Source of the DNA: Clostridiales bacterium
GTDB lineage: Bacteria; Bacillota; Clostridia; Lachnospirales; WQUN01
Direction of reading: 5' to 3'
Length of the DNA stretch: 37,998 nt
NCBI GenBank assembly: GCA_031269415.1
Contig: JAISZF010000050.1
Coordinates: 1 to 37,998 of the forward strand
Within the stretch, counting starts at the first letter, position 1. Each line of letters starts with the position of its first letter. Below, piece after piece: positions 9,415-18,080 of this stretch. The position numbers were made by a program, and so were the translations under genes. Below the pieces are notes generated by a model, which saw only the letters and a program-made list of their open reading frames with translations, was not told the origin of the DNA and made no database searches.

Positions 9415-9597
9415 TTATAGCATCTGAATCAGGTTCTGCGCGCTCTTAGTCGCGTCTTGAGCCGCCTTGGAAAACATTTGCTTGATGTTTGAGTCTTGAC
9501 ACTGATTGGCATAGTCGCTAAGCTTGTTCGCCACTGTTTGATGGCTGGAAACAATCTCACGGATGCTGTTCAGTTCTGACTGGCTTAAACCTGGCAT
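9415..9597 (-). CDS. small helical protein co-oriented with the CotF-like gene (probable coat-associated partner)
   Basis: 60 aa. It lies 20 nt upstream of the CotF-like gene on the same strand, with SD AAAGGGG before the ATG. I recognise no motif. Confidence 0.5.
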   Translation of the reverse strand: MPGLSQSELNSIREIVSSHQTVANKLSDYANQCQDSNIKQMFSKAAQDATKSAQNLIQML

Positions 9598-9680
9598 GAG
9601 GATACCCCTTTCGCATTAGTAAAATAAAACTACGATATTACTTTTTACCAATAGCGGATAAAATATACGCTTGAAAAAAA

Positions 9681-9944
9681 TTAATCTATAACGTGAAGCC
9701 CCGCTAAAACAGCCAATTCCCTGACCGCTTTAATGGATACTTTTTTTCCCTTGTATTCCAGCAATCCATCCATGTTGCCCGTGAATATACAAGACGGCTC
9801 GTACTTCCGCAGGATTATTTTGTAATCCTCAATAAAAATCTCTAAAGGGTCCTTTTCTTTGATGTCCAGCGTGCTTCGCAATTCACTGGGAATCACTATT
9901 CTGCCTAATTCATCCACTTTTCTGACAATACCTGTCGATTTCAT
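9681..9944 (-). CDS. abrB: AbrB/SpoVT-family transition-state regulator
   Basis: The track ORF extends to 10022. I place the start at ATG 9944 (SD GAGGAGG). The N-terminus MKSTGIVRKVDELGRIVIPSELR is the canonical AbrB swapped-hairpin domain. Confidence 0.85.
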   Translation of the reverse strand: MKSTGIVRKVDELGRIVIPSELRSTLDIKEKDPLEIFIEDYKIILRKYEPSCIFTGNMDGLLEYKGKKVSIKAVRELAVLAGLHVID

Positions 9945-10157
9945 CGTGTGCCTCCTCATAAAGTCTTGATTAATATGTAAATACGACATTCTTATTGTAC
10001 CGTAAATGTAATTAAAAATCAATTTATATATTTTATTATAAATTTTACCTGTCGATTATCGTCGGTGAGCTGTGAAGTACAACCTGCTTATCCAAGATAT
10101 GTATTAAGATATTTTTGTATGAATATACTTGTATAAAATCATTATAGGGGATTTCTT

Positions 10158-10739
10158 ATGCTGAATTACATATGGGGATGCATGATTTTAATAGGGATCG
10201 CCGTGGCCGCCGTAACAGGACGTTTGCAGGATGTTACCAACGCGGCGATCGAATCCGCGAAAGACGCGGTGATGCTCTGTGTGACTATGCTGGGCGTGAT
10301 GTCCATGTGGACCGGGCTGATGAGGATAGCCGAGCGAGCGGGGCTGATAGATATGCTGTCGGAAAAAATGGCGCCGCTGCTGCGTATGCTGTTCCCGGAT
10401 ATTCCGCGCGGACATAAGGCGCTTAAGCATATCTCCACGAATTTTATAGCGAATATTCTGGGCTTGGGCTGGGCCGCCACGCCGGCGGGGCTTAAAGCGA
10501 TGGATGAGCTTCAAGGGCTTAACTCGCGGAAAGACACCGCCAGCAGATCCATGTGCATGTTCATGATAATAAACATGTCCAGCCTGCAATTGGTTACCAT
10601 GAGTATTCTGGCTTACCGGTCACAATATAATTCGGCCAATCCGTCGGAGATCATCGGGCCGGGGCTGATCGCTACGCTGGTTTCAACGTTAATCGGCGTC
10701 ATAGCGGGTAAATTCTTCGAGAGAGGATCCGGCTCATGA
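10158..10739 (+). CDS. spmA: spore maturation protein A (nucleoside-recognition/Gate domain)
   Basis: 193 aa membrane protein with an ATGA overlap to the next gene. The pairing and sequence match the spmA/spmB type. Confidence 0.8.
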   Translation: MLNYIWGCMILIGIAVAAVTGRLQDVTNAAIESAKDAVMLCVTMLGVMSMWTGLMRIAERAGLIDMLSEKMAPLLRMLFPDIPRGHKALKHISTNFIANILGLGWAATPAGLKAMDELQGLNSRKDTASRSMCMFMIINMSSLQLVTMSILAYRSQYNSANPSEIIGPGLIATLVSTLIGVIAGKFFERGSGS

Positions 10740-11269
10740 GTTATATAATGATGCTCTCTAACCTGATTATCCCTATGACATTCGCCGTGATCATTCTCTA
10801 CGGCTACGCTAAAAGGGTGGAGTTGTACGATAACTTTATTGAGGGCGCGAAGGACGGCATGCAAACGGTAGTCGGGATTCTGCCTACTATCGTGGGACTG
10901 ATGGTCGCCGTCGGTATCCTGCGGGCGTCCGGAGCTTTGGATATAATCAGCAGGCTCATTTTGCCGCTGACTTCGCGGCTGGGGTATCCCAATGAGGCCG
11001 TACCGCTTACGCTTATGCGCTTGGTTTCATCCTCCGCGTCTACGGGTCTTCTGCTGGATTTGTTTAAAAAATACGGGCCTGACAGCTATATGGGCCGTTT
11101 CGTGTCTATTATGATGAGCTGCACTGAGACGGTCTTTTATACGATGAGCGTATACTTCATGAGCGTGAAGATTACAAAGACGCGTTATACGCTGACCAGC
11201 GCTCTGATCGCCAATTTCGCGGGTGTCGCGGCGTCGCTTTTGTTGACGAACATTTTGTTTCCCTCTTGA
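10736..11269 (+). CDS. spmB: spore maturation protein B
   Basis: 177 aa membrane protein, translationally coupled to spmA (ATGA at 10736-10739). Confidence 0.8.
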   Translation: MSYIMMLSNLIIPMTFAVIILYGYAKRVELYDNFIEGAKDGMQTVVGILPTIVGLMVAVGILRASGALDIISRLILPLTSRLGYPNEAVPLTLMRLVSSSASTGLLLDLFKKYGPDSYMGRFVSIMMSCTETVFYTMSVYFMSVKITKTRYTLTSALIANFAGVAASLLLTNILFPS

Positions 11270-11293
11270 TTTTCATAGCTATGAAAACATATA

Positions 11294-11322
11294 ATAGAAG
11301 CGCGTGGATCACGCGCTTCTAT
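11294..11322 (+). terminator. 13-bp perfect hairpin after spmB (weak U tract)
   Basis: ATAGAAGCGCGTG, loop GAT, CACGCGCTTCTAT, followed by TAATCT. It is preceded by an 18-nt perfect palindrome, TTTTCATAGCTATGAAAA (11270-11287). Confidence 0.45.
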
Positions 11323-11358
11323 TAATCTACGCGCTCGATTACGTGAGAGGTGTGAAGA

Positions 11359-12069
11359 ATGGAGAAACGGGAGCTTTTATACAGAGGCAAGGCAAAGGAT
11401 ATATACGCGACCGATAACCCGGACGTATGCGTTATGCGTTACAGGGATGATTTAACAGCGTTAAACGGAGGCAAGAAGGGATCGTTTCCGGGCAAGGGGG
11501 CGCTGAACCGCCGGATTTCCGATATGATATTCGCGTTTCTGGAAACCGGCGGTGTTAAGACACATTTTATCAAGACGATAAACGAATACGAGGTTCTGAT
11601 CCGCAAGGTACATATCCTGCCGCTGGAGGTAATCGTGCGGAACATAGCGGCGGGTAGCTTTTCAAAGAAATACGGTGTGCCGGAGGGTAAGCCGCTCAAA
11701 ATGGCGCTGCTGGAATTTTCCTTGAAGGACGACGCGCTGGGCGACCCTATGATAAGCCCCAGCCACGCTATCGCGCTGGAATTGGTTACCGAGGAGCAAT
11801 TGAATCAAATCAGCGGCGTGGCTATGGGTATAAACAATCTTCTCAAAGCCTTGTTTGACCGCGTGAACCTGACGCTGGTGGATTTTAAGATAGAATTCGG
11901 GACGGGCAGCGGAGGGAATATCCTGCTGGCGGACGAAATAACGCCGGATACGTGCCGTTTATGGGAAAAGGACGCCGGCGTTAAAATGGATAAAGATCGC
12001 TTCCGCCAGGATTTAGGCGGCGTGGAGGAAGCCTATCGCGAGGTGGCGAACAGGCTAGCCAATTATTAG
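11359..12069 (+). CDS. purC: phosphoribosylaminoimidazole-succinocarboxamide (SAICAR) synthase
   Basis: 236 aa. LLYRGKAKDIY...LNGGKKGSFPGKG...DKDRFR is typical PurC. Confidence 0.92.
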   Translation: MEKRELLYRGKAKDIYATDNPDVCVMRYRDDLTALNGGKKGSFPGKGALNRRISDMIFAFLETGGVKTHFIKTINEYEVLIRKVHILPLEVIVRNIAAGSFSKKYGVPEGKPLKMALLEFSLKDDALGDPMISPSHAIALELVTEEQLNQISGVAMGINNLLKALFDRVNLTLVDFKIEFGTGSGGNILLADEITPDTCRLWEKDAGVKMDKDRFRQDLGGVEEAYREVANRLANY

Positions 12070-12999
12070 GGGGTACAGTGCGTAACTCATAGCGAGGGCT
12101 ATCAGCCCGTGAACAATTTTAGACAACAGGTATACGGAGGGCTTTATATCCGTTTTTTCTATCATACTGACGGTCTGCGCGTGTATGGACAGGCCGCCGA
12201 ATGAGATCAGTCCCGCGGCCGCCAGCACACGCGCTTTTAGCGGCATGTCGGTGGCGCGCGTCAGGAACAGCCCGTTTGTCATCTCAAGAAGTCCTGATAG
12301 CACGCTCGCGGCCTCACGGCTGAGAAATGGGATCATCACGACTCCCTTGCACAGAACGCCGAAGAAGATGATAAAGCCGCCGATTAAAGCTATACTTTCC
12401 ATAGCGTTCATAACGCTTTGCGACAGGATCGCGCCAAGCGGTTTATAAGCCGGTTTGACGCGGGACGGTTCTGTAACGCGGCGGGGTTGTTTTTCGCGGC
12501 GCGTGTAAGACCTGAACAGAAGGCCGGTGACGAGCGCGGACGCGTAGTGCGCAAGCATAAGGAAATATCCGATCCGCTTGTCACCGAACATGCCGACGCC
12601 GACCGTGCCTAAGATAAACAGCGGCCCGCAGTTGTTCGAGAAGCTGATCAGACGTTGGGCTTCCGTATGCGTCAACATGCCGTTTTCCCTGAGTCGCGCG
12701 GTGATCTTCGCGCCCATGGGGTAGCCTGAGCTGATACCCGCCGCCAAGGCAAACCCGCCCTCGCCAGGAACCCCGAACAGGCCCATGAACTTAGTCAGCC
12801 GTTTGCCGATAATCTCGGTGAACCCGACGTCTGACAGGATATTCATACCGATCATGAACGGCAGCAGCGACGGCAGGGCGCGGTTAAACCAAAGCTTTAC
12901 GCTATCCCCGGCGGCTTCCAGCGCCTCGGCGGGGAATGAGAGAATAAACGCCAGAAGCGCCAGAATAGAAACGGTAAGCGGTATTTTATTCACGGACAT
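12055..12999 (-). CDS. nucleoside-recognition (Gate) domain membrane protein, YlbJ-like sporulation protein
   Basis: 314 aa polytopic protein, shorter than B. subtilis YlbJ. It is convergent with purC and overlaps it by 15 nt. Confidence 0.6.
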   Translation of the reverse strand: MSVNKIPLTVSILALLAFILSFPAEALEAAGDSVKLWFNRALPSLLPFMIGMNILSDVGFTEIIGKRLTKFMGLFGVPGEGGFALAAGISSGYPMGAKITARLRENGMLTHTEAQRLISFSNNCGPLFILGTVGVGMFGDKRIGYFLMLAHYASALVTGLLFRSYTRREKQPRRVTEPSRVKPAYKPLGAILSQSVMNAMESIALIGGFIIFFGVLCKGVVMIPFLSREAASVLSGLLEMTNGLFLTRATDMPLKARVLAAAGLISFGGLSIHAQTVSMIEKTDIKPSVYLLSKIVHGLIALAMSYALYPLIIG

Positions 13000-13058
13000 C
13001 TCATGATACCTGTTTATATTTTTATTAATAATCTATTCATGCGAGAAAGGATTTAGAC

Positions 13059-14645
13059 ATGCGTACGAAAGATAAAACGCCCGCCCCTGCGAAAAGCGGG
13101 GGAAAGGTCATGAAGATGACCGCGTGGAGGCGGCCGGCTGACAAGAGACCGCCCGCGGGAAAGCGGACGGCGGCAAAACGTTCTGATTTAAAGGCGGCCC
13201 GTACGGCGGCGTCCAGAAACAGAGCGATGTTTAACATAACCTCCCTGTTTTTTGGTTTTGTGTTGATCTATATAACGCAAAGTCTGTTTGTGTTCGCGCT
13301 GAAACCGCACACAGCGATTGACCGCGTGGCGCCGGGCAGCGTTACCTCCCCAATCGATCTGGAAGGTGTCATAATCCGCGACGAAAAGGTATACAGAAGC
13401 ACAGCCGCCGGTACCGTAAGGTTTAATGTGGCTGAAAATGAGCGGGTAAAAAAGGGTGATACTGTATGCAGCGTCCAGAACGCCGAAGAGGTGGATCGCA
13501 TTAACGCCGAATTGATTAACGTCAACGAAGAACTGCTGAAGATACAAAGTATGCGGGCGGATGTAACTGACCTGAGCGGCAACGGGCGGAGAATAAACGC
13601 CTCAATGAAGAATATGATTGACGATTGGGCGGGCGGCGCGAAAGTAAATAGCTTTTCCTCAATATATCCGCTTATTGACAGCCTCGCGGCTAATGTCGAA
13701 CTGCGAAATCAGATTATTCTGGACGACGTGTCGGACGCCCTTCGTGAACAGGCGGACAAACGCCAAATGTACCAGGAAGAGCTGAGCAAAAACATGACGT
13801 TGGTCGCGGCGGAAGAGAGCGGCGTGGTAAGCGGCCTGCTGGACGGTTATGAGGAGACTTACACGCCGAATATAACGGCTAAGCTCTCTAAAGAGCAGAC
13901 AGTCCCGAAAGGAGGCGCAAAGCCGCTTACGGTAAAGTCCGCGGAGCCTGAAACGCCCCTGTTCAAGATAATTCAGTCGAATATATGGTACATCGCGACT
14001 TACATACCAAATGAGATTATAGACGGCTGGCAAGAAGGCGACTCTAAAATACTGCGCTTTGACGCGGATATCAGTCTGCCGGTAACCGTGGATCGCGTAT
14101 CGGCGGACGATAGCCAGAGTTATGTACTGTTCAAGTGTACGCGCTTTATGGAGGAATACTTGGATTCCCGCGCCTTACGCTTCAGGGTGAGCGGAGATTC
14201 CAGCGAGGGCTTGAAAATACCGAAGTCTTCCGTAACCGTGAAAACTTTGATCACAATACCCAGGGAATATGTCAGCGTTGAGGATGATCAGTTAAAGAGA
14301 GCAAAGCTCGTCAAATCGGGGAGAGAAAACATATCCTTCTACTACGCCGCGATAGACGAGGGCATGATATACGCGGATCCGGCGGGCGGCGTTGTAACGC
14401 TGGGAATGGAGATACAAAACCCCGCGGACTCGGAAATAAAGACTCAATTGACCGAAGCCGCTGAGATTACGGGAGTTTACCGCGTCAACAACGGCGTGGC
14501 GGATTTCCGCAAGGTCGCCCTGAGCGAGGGTCAGCAGAATGTGGGTTATTATATCCTGGATCCCGAGCTTAATAAGAGCTTGCAGGAGAAGGACGGCATT
14601 GTGCGTGACGCGGAGTCGGTAAAGGAAGGGCAGATTATTTTTTAA
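13059..14645 (+). CDS. single-pass membrane protein with HlyD/membrane-fusion-like ectodomain and a basic N-terminal tail
   Basis: 528 aa. A K/R/P/A-rich first ~55 aa is followed by one TM (ITSLFFGFVLIYITQSLFVFAL), a lipoyl-like hairpin (VKKGDTVCSVQN) and a coiled-coil-like stretch. SD GAAAGGA precedes the start. Confidence 0.45.
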   Translation: MRTKDKTPAPAKSGGKVMKMTAWRRPADKRPPAGKRTAAKRSDLKAARTAASRNRAMFNITSLFFGFVLIYITQSLFVFALKPHTAIDRVAPGSVTSPIDLEGVIIRDEKVYRSTAAGTVRFNVAENERVKKGDTVCSVQNAEEVDRINAELINVNEELLKIQSMRADVTDLSGNGRRINASMKNMIDDWAGGAKVNSFSSIYPLIDSLAANVELRNQIILDDVSDALREQADKRQMYQEELSKNMTLVAAEESGVVSGLLDGYEETYTPNITAKLSKEQTVPKGGAKPLTVKSAEPETPLFKIIQSNIWYIATYIPNEIIDGWQEGDSKILRFDADISLPVTVDRVSADDSQSYVLFKCTRFMEEYLDSRALRFRVSGDSSEGLKIPKSSVTVKTLITIPREYVSVEDDQLKRAKLVKSGRENISFYYAAIDEGMIYADPAGGVVTLGMEIQNPADSEIKTQLTEAAEITGVYRVNNGVADFRKVALSEGQQNVGYYILDPELNKSLQEKDGIVRDAESVKEGQIIF

Positions 14646-14657
14646 GGCAGTGATACA

Positions 14658-15347
14658 GTGAATAATATAGAGGAAAATCTCGCGCGCGTGCGAAGCAATA
14701 TTGACGCGGCCGCGAGAAGGTCGGGAAGGAACCCCGCGGAAGTCAAGCTTATCGGCGTTACGAAGACCATAGATGTCGAGCGGATACGTACATTATTGAG
14801 TTTAGGGGTGAACTCTCTGGGCGAGAACAAGCCCCAGGAATTGGCCGAGAAGTACGCGGCTCTGGGAAACGGTCCGGAATGGCATTTGATCGGGCATTTG
14901 CAGACCAATAAAGTCAGACTGATAATCGACAAAGCGGCGATGATTCACTCAGTAGACAGTCTGCGCCTGGCTGGGGAGATCAACAGACGCGCCGCCGCCG
15001 TCGGCAGGGTTATGGATATTTTAGTGGAGCTGAATATAGCCGCCGAACCGTCCAAACATGGGATACCGCCCGACAAGACCTTGAGTTTTGTCGAAGAAAT
15101 ATCTGAATTGGAGAATTTACGTATACGCGGACTGATGTGTGTTGCGCCAAATGTCGACGAACCGGAAAAAAATCGGATTTTCTTCGCAAAGATGCGGGAA
15201 ATTTTTATTGACATAAAAAACAAATGTGTACATAATATAGATATGTTAGACTTATCCATGGGTATGACGAATGATTACGAAATTGCCGTCGAAGAGGGAG
15301 CGACAATCGCGCGGATTGGGACAGGCATTTTCGGTTCAAGAGTTTAG
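14658..15347 (+). CDS. yggS: YggS-family pyridoxal-phosphate homeostasis protein (YlmE)
   Basis: 229 aa with a GTG start. Sequence (LIGVTKT..., HLIGHLQTNK, MGMTNDYE) and its position before sepF fit YlmE/YggS. Confidence 0.85.
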   Translation: MNNIEENLARVRSNIDAAARRSGRNPAEVKLIGVTKTIDVERIRTLLSLGVNSLGENKPQELAEKYAALGNGPEWHLIGHLQTNKVRLIIDKAAMIHSVDSLRLAGEINRRAAAVGRVMDILVELNIAAEPSKHGIPPDKTLSFVEEISELENLRIRGLMCVAPNVDEPEKNRIFFAKMREIFIDIKNKCVHNIDMLDLSMGMTNDYEIAVEEGATIARIGTGIFGSRV

Positions 15348-15461
15348 CCCCGAGTAAGTCATAACCGGATATATTTAAAAAGCGGTCGGAACTATGCCGC
15401 TATACTAAGGGGAAACATTCGACCCTGTCGAAAATTCATGCATTCAGGAGGAGAATGTTTA

Positions 15462-15956
15462 ATGGCTAAATGGCTGAAGAATTTCCTGCAGCAGGTAATG
15501 CTGGGCGTAAATCCTGATGAGGAAGAAATTTACGAAGACACGGAGGCAATTGACGTAAATGAGGATGAAGAGACTCAAGACGCTGAAATAACGAGGTTGG
15601 ATTCTGTCCGCGGGCGTAAATTCGACGATAACAGCAAGATTCTGAATTTCAGAACAGGCGCCCAAATGCAGGTTATGATTACATATCCGAAAGAGATTGT
15701 CGACGCGACCGATATATCTGACTTTCTGCGCAAGGGACATGTGTGCGTGGTTAACCTTGAAGGGGTGGAGCGGCCGCACGCCCAGAGAATCGCTGATTTC
15801 TTAAGCGGTGCCGTGTATGTCAGCGACGGCGCGATAGAGCGTATTAATACGGATATCTTTATCGTTGCGCCCGCGCATGTGCGTATCAACGGCGAATCTG
15901 AAGAAGAGTTGAACGCCAGCAATATTCTTCCATGGATCGCTTCGTCGTTTAAATAA
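15462..15956 (+). CDS. sepF: cell division protein SepF
   Basis: The track ORF starts at 15438. I use ATG 15462 (SD AGGAGGAG). The C-terminal DUF552 core is QVMITYPKEIVDATDISDFLRKGHVCVVNLEG...IFIVAP. Confidence 0.85.
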   Translation: MAKWLKNFLQQVMLGVNPDEEEIYEDTEAIDVNEDEETQDAEITRLDSVRGRKFDDNSKILNFRTGAQMQVMITYPKEIVDATDISDFLRKGHVCVVNLEGVERPHAQRIADFLSGAVYVSDGAIERINTDIFIVAPAHVRINGESEEELNASNILPWIASSFK

Positions 15957-16001
15957 GAGGTTCTTCGCCGCGGCAAACAAATAATATATCGGAGGGAAAA
16001 A

Positions 16002-16280
16002 ATGGCGGGCATACTGACGACCGCAATAGATTGTGTTGTTAACGCGCTGTTTCTATTGATTGTTATACGGGTGGTCTTATCCTTGGTTCGGTTTTCCCGC
16101 CGAAATGTACTAACCGATCTTGTGTATACCCTTACAGAACCGCTTCTCGCCCCTATCCGCTCCCTGCTCCGCAAGACTCCGCTGGGCGGCACGGGCATGA
16201 GCTTGGATTTATCTCCGTTGGTTTTATTTCTTTTGATTACTTTGGTCAGGAATATTATTTTGGGGTTTATTAGCATGTAA
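16002..16280 (+). CDS. yggT: YggT-family membrane protein (YlmG)
   Basis: 92 aa, two TM helices, in the canonical position after sepF. Confidence 0.75.
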   Translation: MAGILTTAIDCVVNALFLLIVIRVVLSLVRFSRRNVLTDLVYTLTEPLLAPIRSLLRKTPLGGTGMSLDLSPLVLFLLITLVRNIILGFISM

Positions 16281-16291
16281 AGGGGCTATTA

Positions 16292-17098
16292 ATGGATAAG
16301 CAGGAATTGCTTAAACGCTTTCAAACGCCGGACGAAAAACTTTTACTTTCTAAAGTTTTAGACCGGCTTTTTTTATGTCAAACAGAGCGGCAAAAGACCT
16401 TTACTTCCTTTCTGGATCCTCTTCACGCGGTGAAAATCGCGGAGATTATCCGAGCTCGGGCGGATGAGAAGCTCCTCACGTATGGAGGAGCGCCCGGCTG
16501 CGAACGTAAAATGCTGGGGTTTGCCCCAGCTTTTGAGCAGTTGGAATTTATTGATTTTCCGATAGACCGTGTTTCGGTCAGGTTTCCGCTGAAATTCGGT
16601 TCCGGTCTAAGCCATCGCGATTTTCTGGGTTCCTTGATCGGATTGGGCATAGACAGGGGGAAGATAGGGGATATCAATATAGACGGCGGGGAGGCTGAGG
16701 TCTATGCCCACCGCGACGTGGGCGGTTTTATATGCGCGAACCTGGATCGCGTAGGCCGCGTAAAGGTGACTGCTGACATAGAGCGCGTCGAAACAGTTTT
16801 TTGGGACACCTGGCAGGAGTTTAAACCGGACGACGGGCGGGAGATGATCATTAACATCAGCTCGACGCGGATAGATACTATAATCAGCTCGGTATTCCGG
16901 GTCGCCCGCGGCGCTTCCGCGAAACTCATAACCGGAGGGAAAGTTTCGGTAAATTGGACGCCGGTTACGCGTAATGACAAGGTTGTTAACGAGGGGGATA
17001 CTATAACAGTGCGTGGCCACGGGCGGGTCCGCGTGGAGGCGATAGAACAGAGCGGCAAAAAAGAGCGCTTTGCAGTCCGCGCGGTCAAATACAGTTAG
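16292..17098 (+). CDS. ylmH: S4-domain RNA-binding protein YlmH
   Basis: 268 aa with a C-terminal S4-like segment (RIDTIISSVFRVARGASAKLITGGKVSVNW). It sits in the canonical position after yggT. Confidence 0.75.
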   Translation: MDKQELLKRFQTPDEKLLLSKVLDRLFLCQTERQKTFTSFLDPLHAVKIAEIIRARADEKLLTYGGAPGCERKMLGFAPAFEQLEFIDFPIDRVSVRFPLKFGSGLSHRDFLGSLIGLGIDRGKIGDINIDGGEAEVYAHRDVGGFICANLDRVGRVKVTADIERVETVFWDTWQEFKPDDGREMIINISSTRIDTIISSVFRVARGASAKLITGGKVSVNWTPVTRNDKVVNEGDTITVRGHGRVRVEAIEQSGKKERFAVRAVKYS

Positions 17099-17171
17099 GG
17101 ATAAAAAGCCATACACAGACGCAAAATAAACACGGGAACAGTGTATATGGGCGTCCGCGGGAGGGCTTTTT

Positions 17172-18080
17172 GTGAGTGATAACAGAAATCGTATAATGAT
17201 TGTTGATGACGAAAATATTAATCTGGCTATTTTGAGCCAAATACTGTCGCCGGAATTTGATCTGGTCACAGCGATGAACGGTCAGGACGCGCTGAAACGG
17301 GCCGAGAAAAACCAGCCGGATTTGATTCTGCTTGATATTGTAATGCCGGATATGAGCGGGTTTGACGTGCTGAGGAAACTGAAATCATCCGGCGCGACGA
17401 AAGACATACCTGTTATCATCATCACCGGACGGAATAACGCGGACGATGAGGAGAAAGCGTTTTTACTGGGCGCGGTAGACTATATGACAAAGCCCTTTAA
17501 TAACACCATTGTTATGGCGCGCGTTAAAACGCGGCTCCAAATGGTACGTCAGACGCGAACGATTGATCGGATGAGCATGGAGGACGCGCTGACCGGCCTG
17601 CCGAACCGCCACAGCTTCGACAATCACATGGAAATGGAGTGGAAACGCGCCATAAGGGAAAAAAAGCCGCTCTCGCTGCTGATTGTTGATATAGACCGGT
17701 TTAAAGCCTACAATGACGCCTATGGAAATATACAGGGCGACGAATTATTAAAAGCGGTAGCCACTGTGTTTCCAAAATCAGTCAGACGCCCCGCGGATCT
17801 TTCAGCGCGTATAAACGGCGAGGAATTCGCCGTTATTCTTCCAGACACGGCATGGGAATCGGCGCTGCTGATTGCGGAGAATATCAGGAAAACCATAAAG
17901 GCAACTATCCTGCCCACTGTTGACGGAAAGACGCATACCTTCGTAACGGTCAGCATCGGATTGGTTACCAAGACGCCGCGGGTTAACGATACAATATCCG
18001 ACTTCTTTAACTTGGCGGACGGAAGCATGTATGAGGCGAAACGCGCCGGACGCGACAGGATTATCGGGAAGGTGTTATAA
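17172..18080 (+). CDS. response regulator with GGDEF (diguanylate cyclase) output domain, variant NGEEF motif
   Basis: 302 aa with a GTG start. The REC domain has DDE...LLDIVMPDMSG...KP. The GGDEF domain has an RxxD I-site (RPAD) five residues before NGEEF. Confidence 0.85.
   Translation: MSDNRNRIMIVDDENINLAILSQILSPEFDLVTAMNGQDALKRAEKNQPDLILLDIVMPDMSGFDVLRKLKSSGATKDIPVIIITGRNNADDEEKAFLLGAVDYMTKPFNNTIVMARVKTRLQMVRQTRTIDRMSMEDALTGLPNRHSFDNHMEMEWKRAIREKKPLSLLIVDIDRFKAYNDAYGNIQGDELLKAVATVFPKSVRRPADLSARINGEEFAVILPDTAWESALLIAENIRKTIKATILPTVDGKTHTFVTVSIGLVTKTPRVNDTISDFFNLADGSMYEAKRAGRDRIIGKVL

Noticed and set aside
11270-11358. Looked for a purine riboswitch upstream of purC. Also looked for a T-box or L-box upstream of aroC-lysA at 18849-18988.
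   Set aside because: - Both regions are too short (about 90 and 140 nt).
- Neither shows the conserved aptamer cores I remember.
- The purC region is explained by a palindrome and the spmB terminator hairpin.
15575-17269. Two long antisense ORFs (15575-16276, 233 aa; 16607-17269, 220 aa) opposite sepF/yggT/ylmH
   Set aside because: - Both overlap confidently identified division-cluster genes.
- Their translations are Arg/Ser/Ile-rich and look like frame artefacts.
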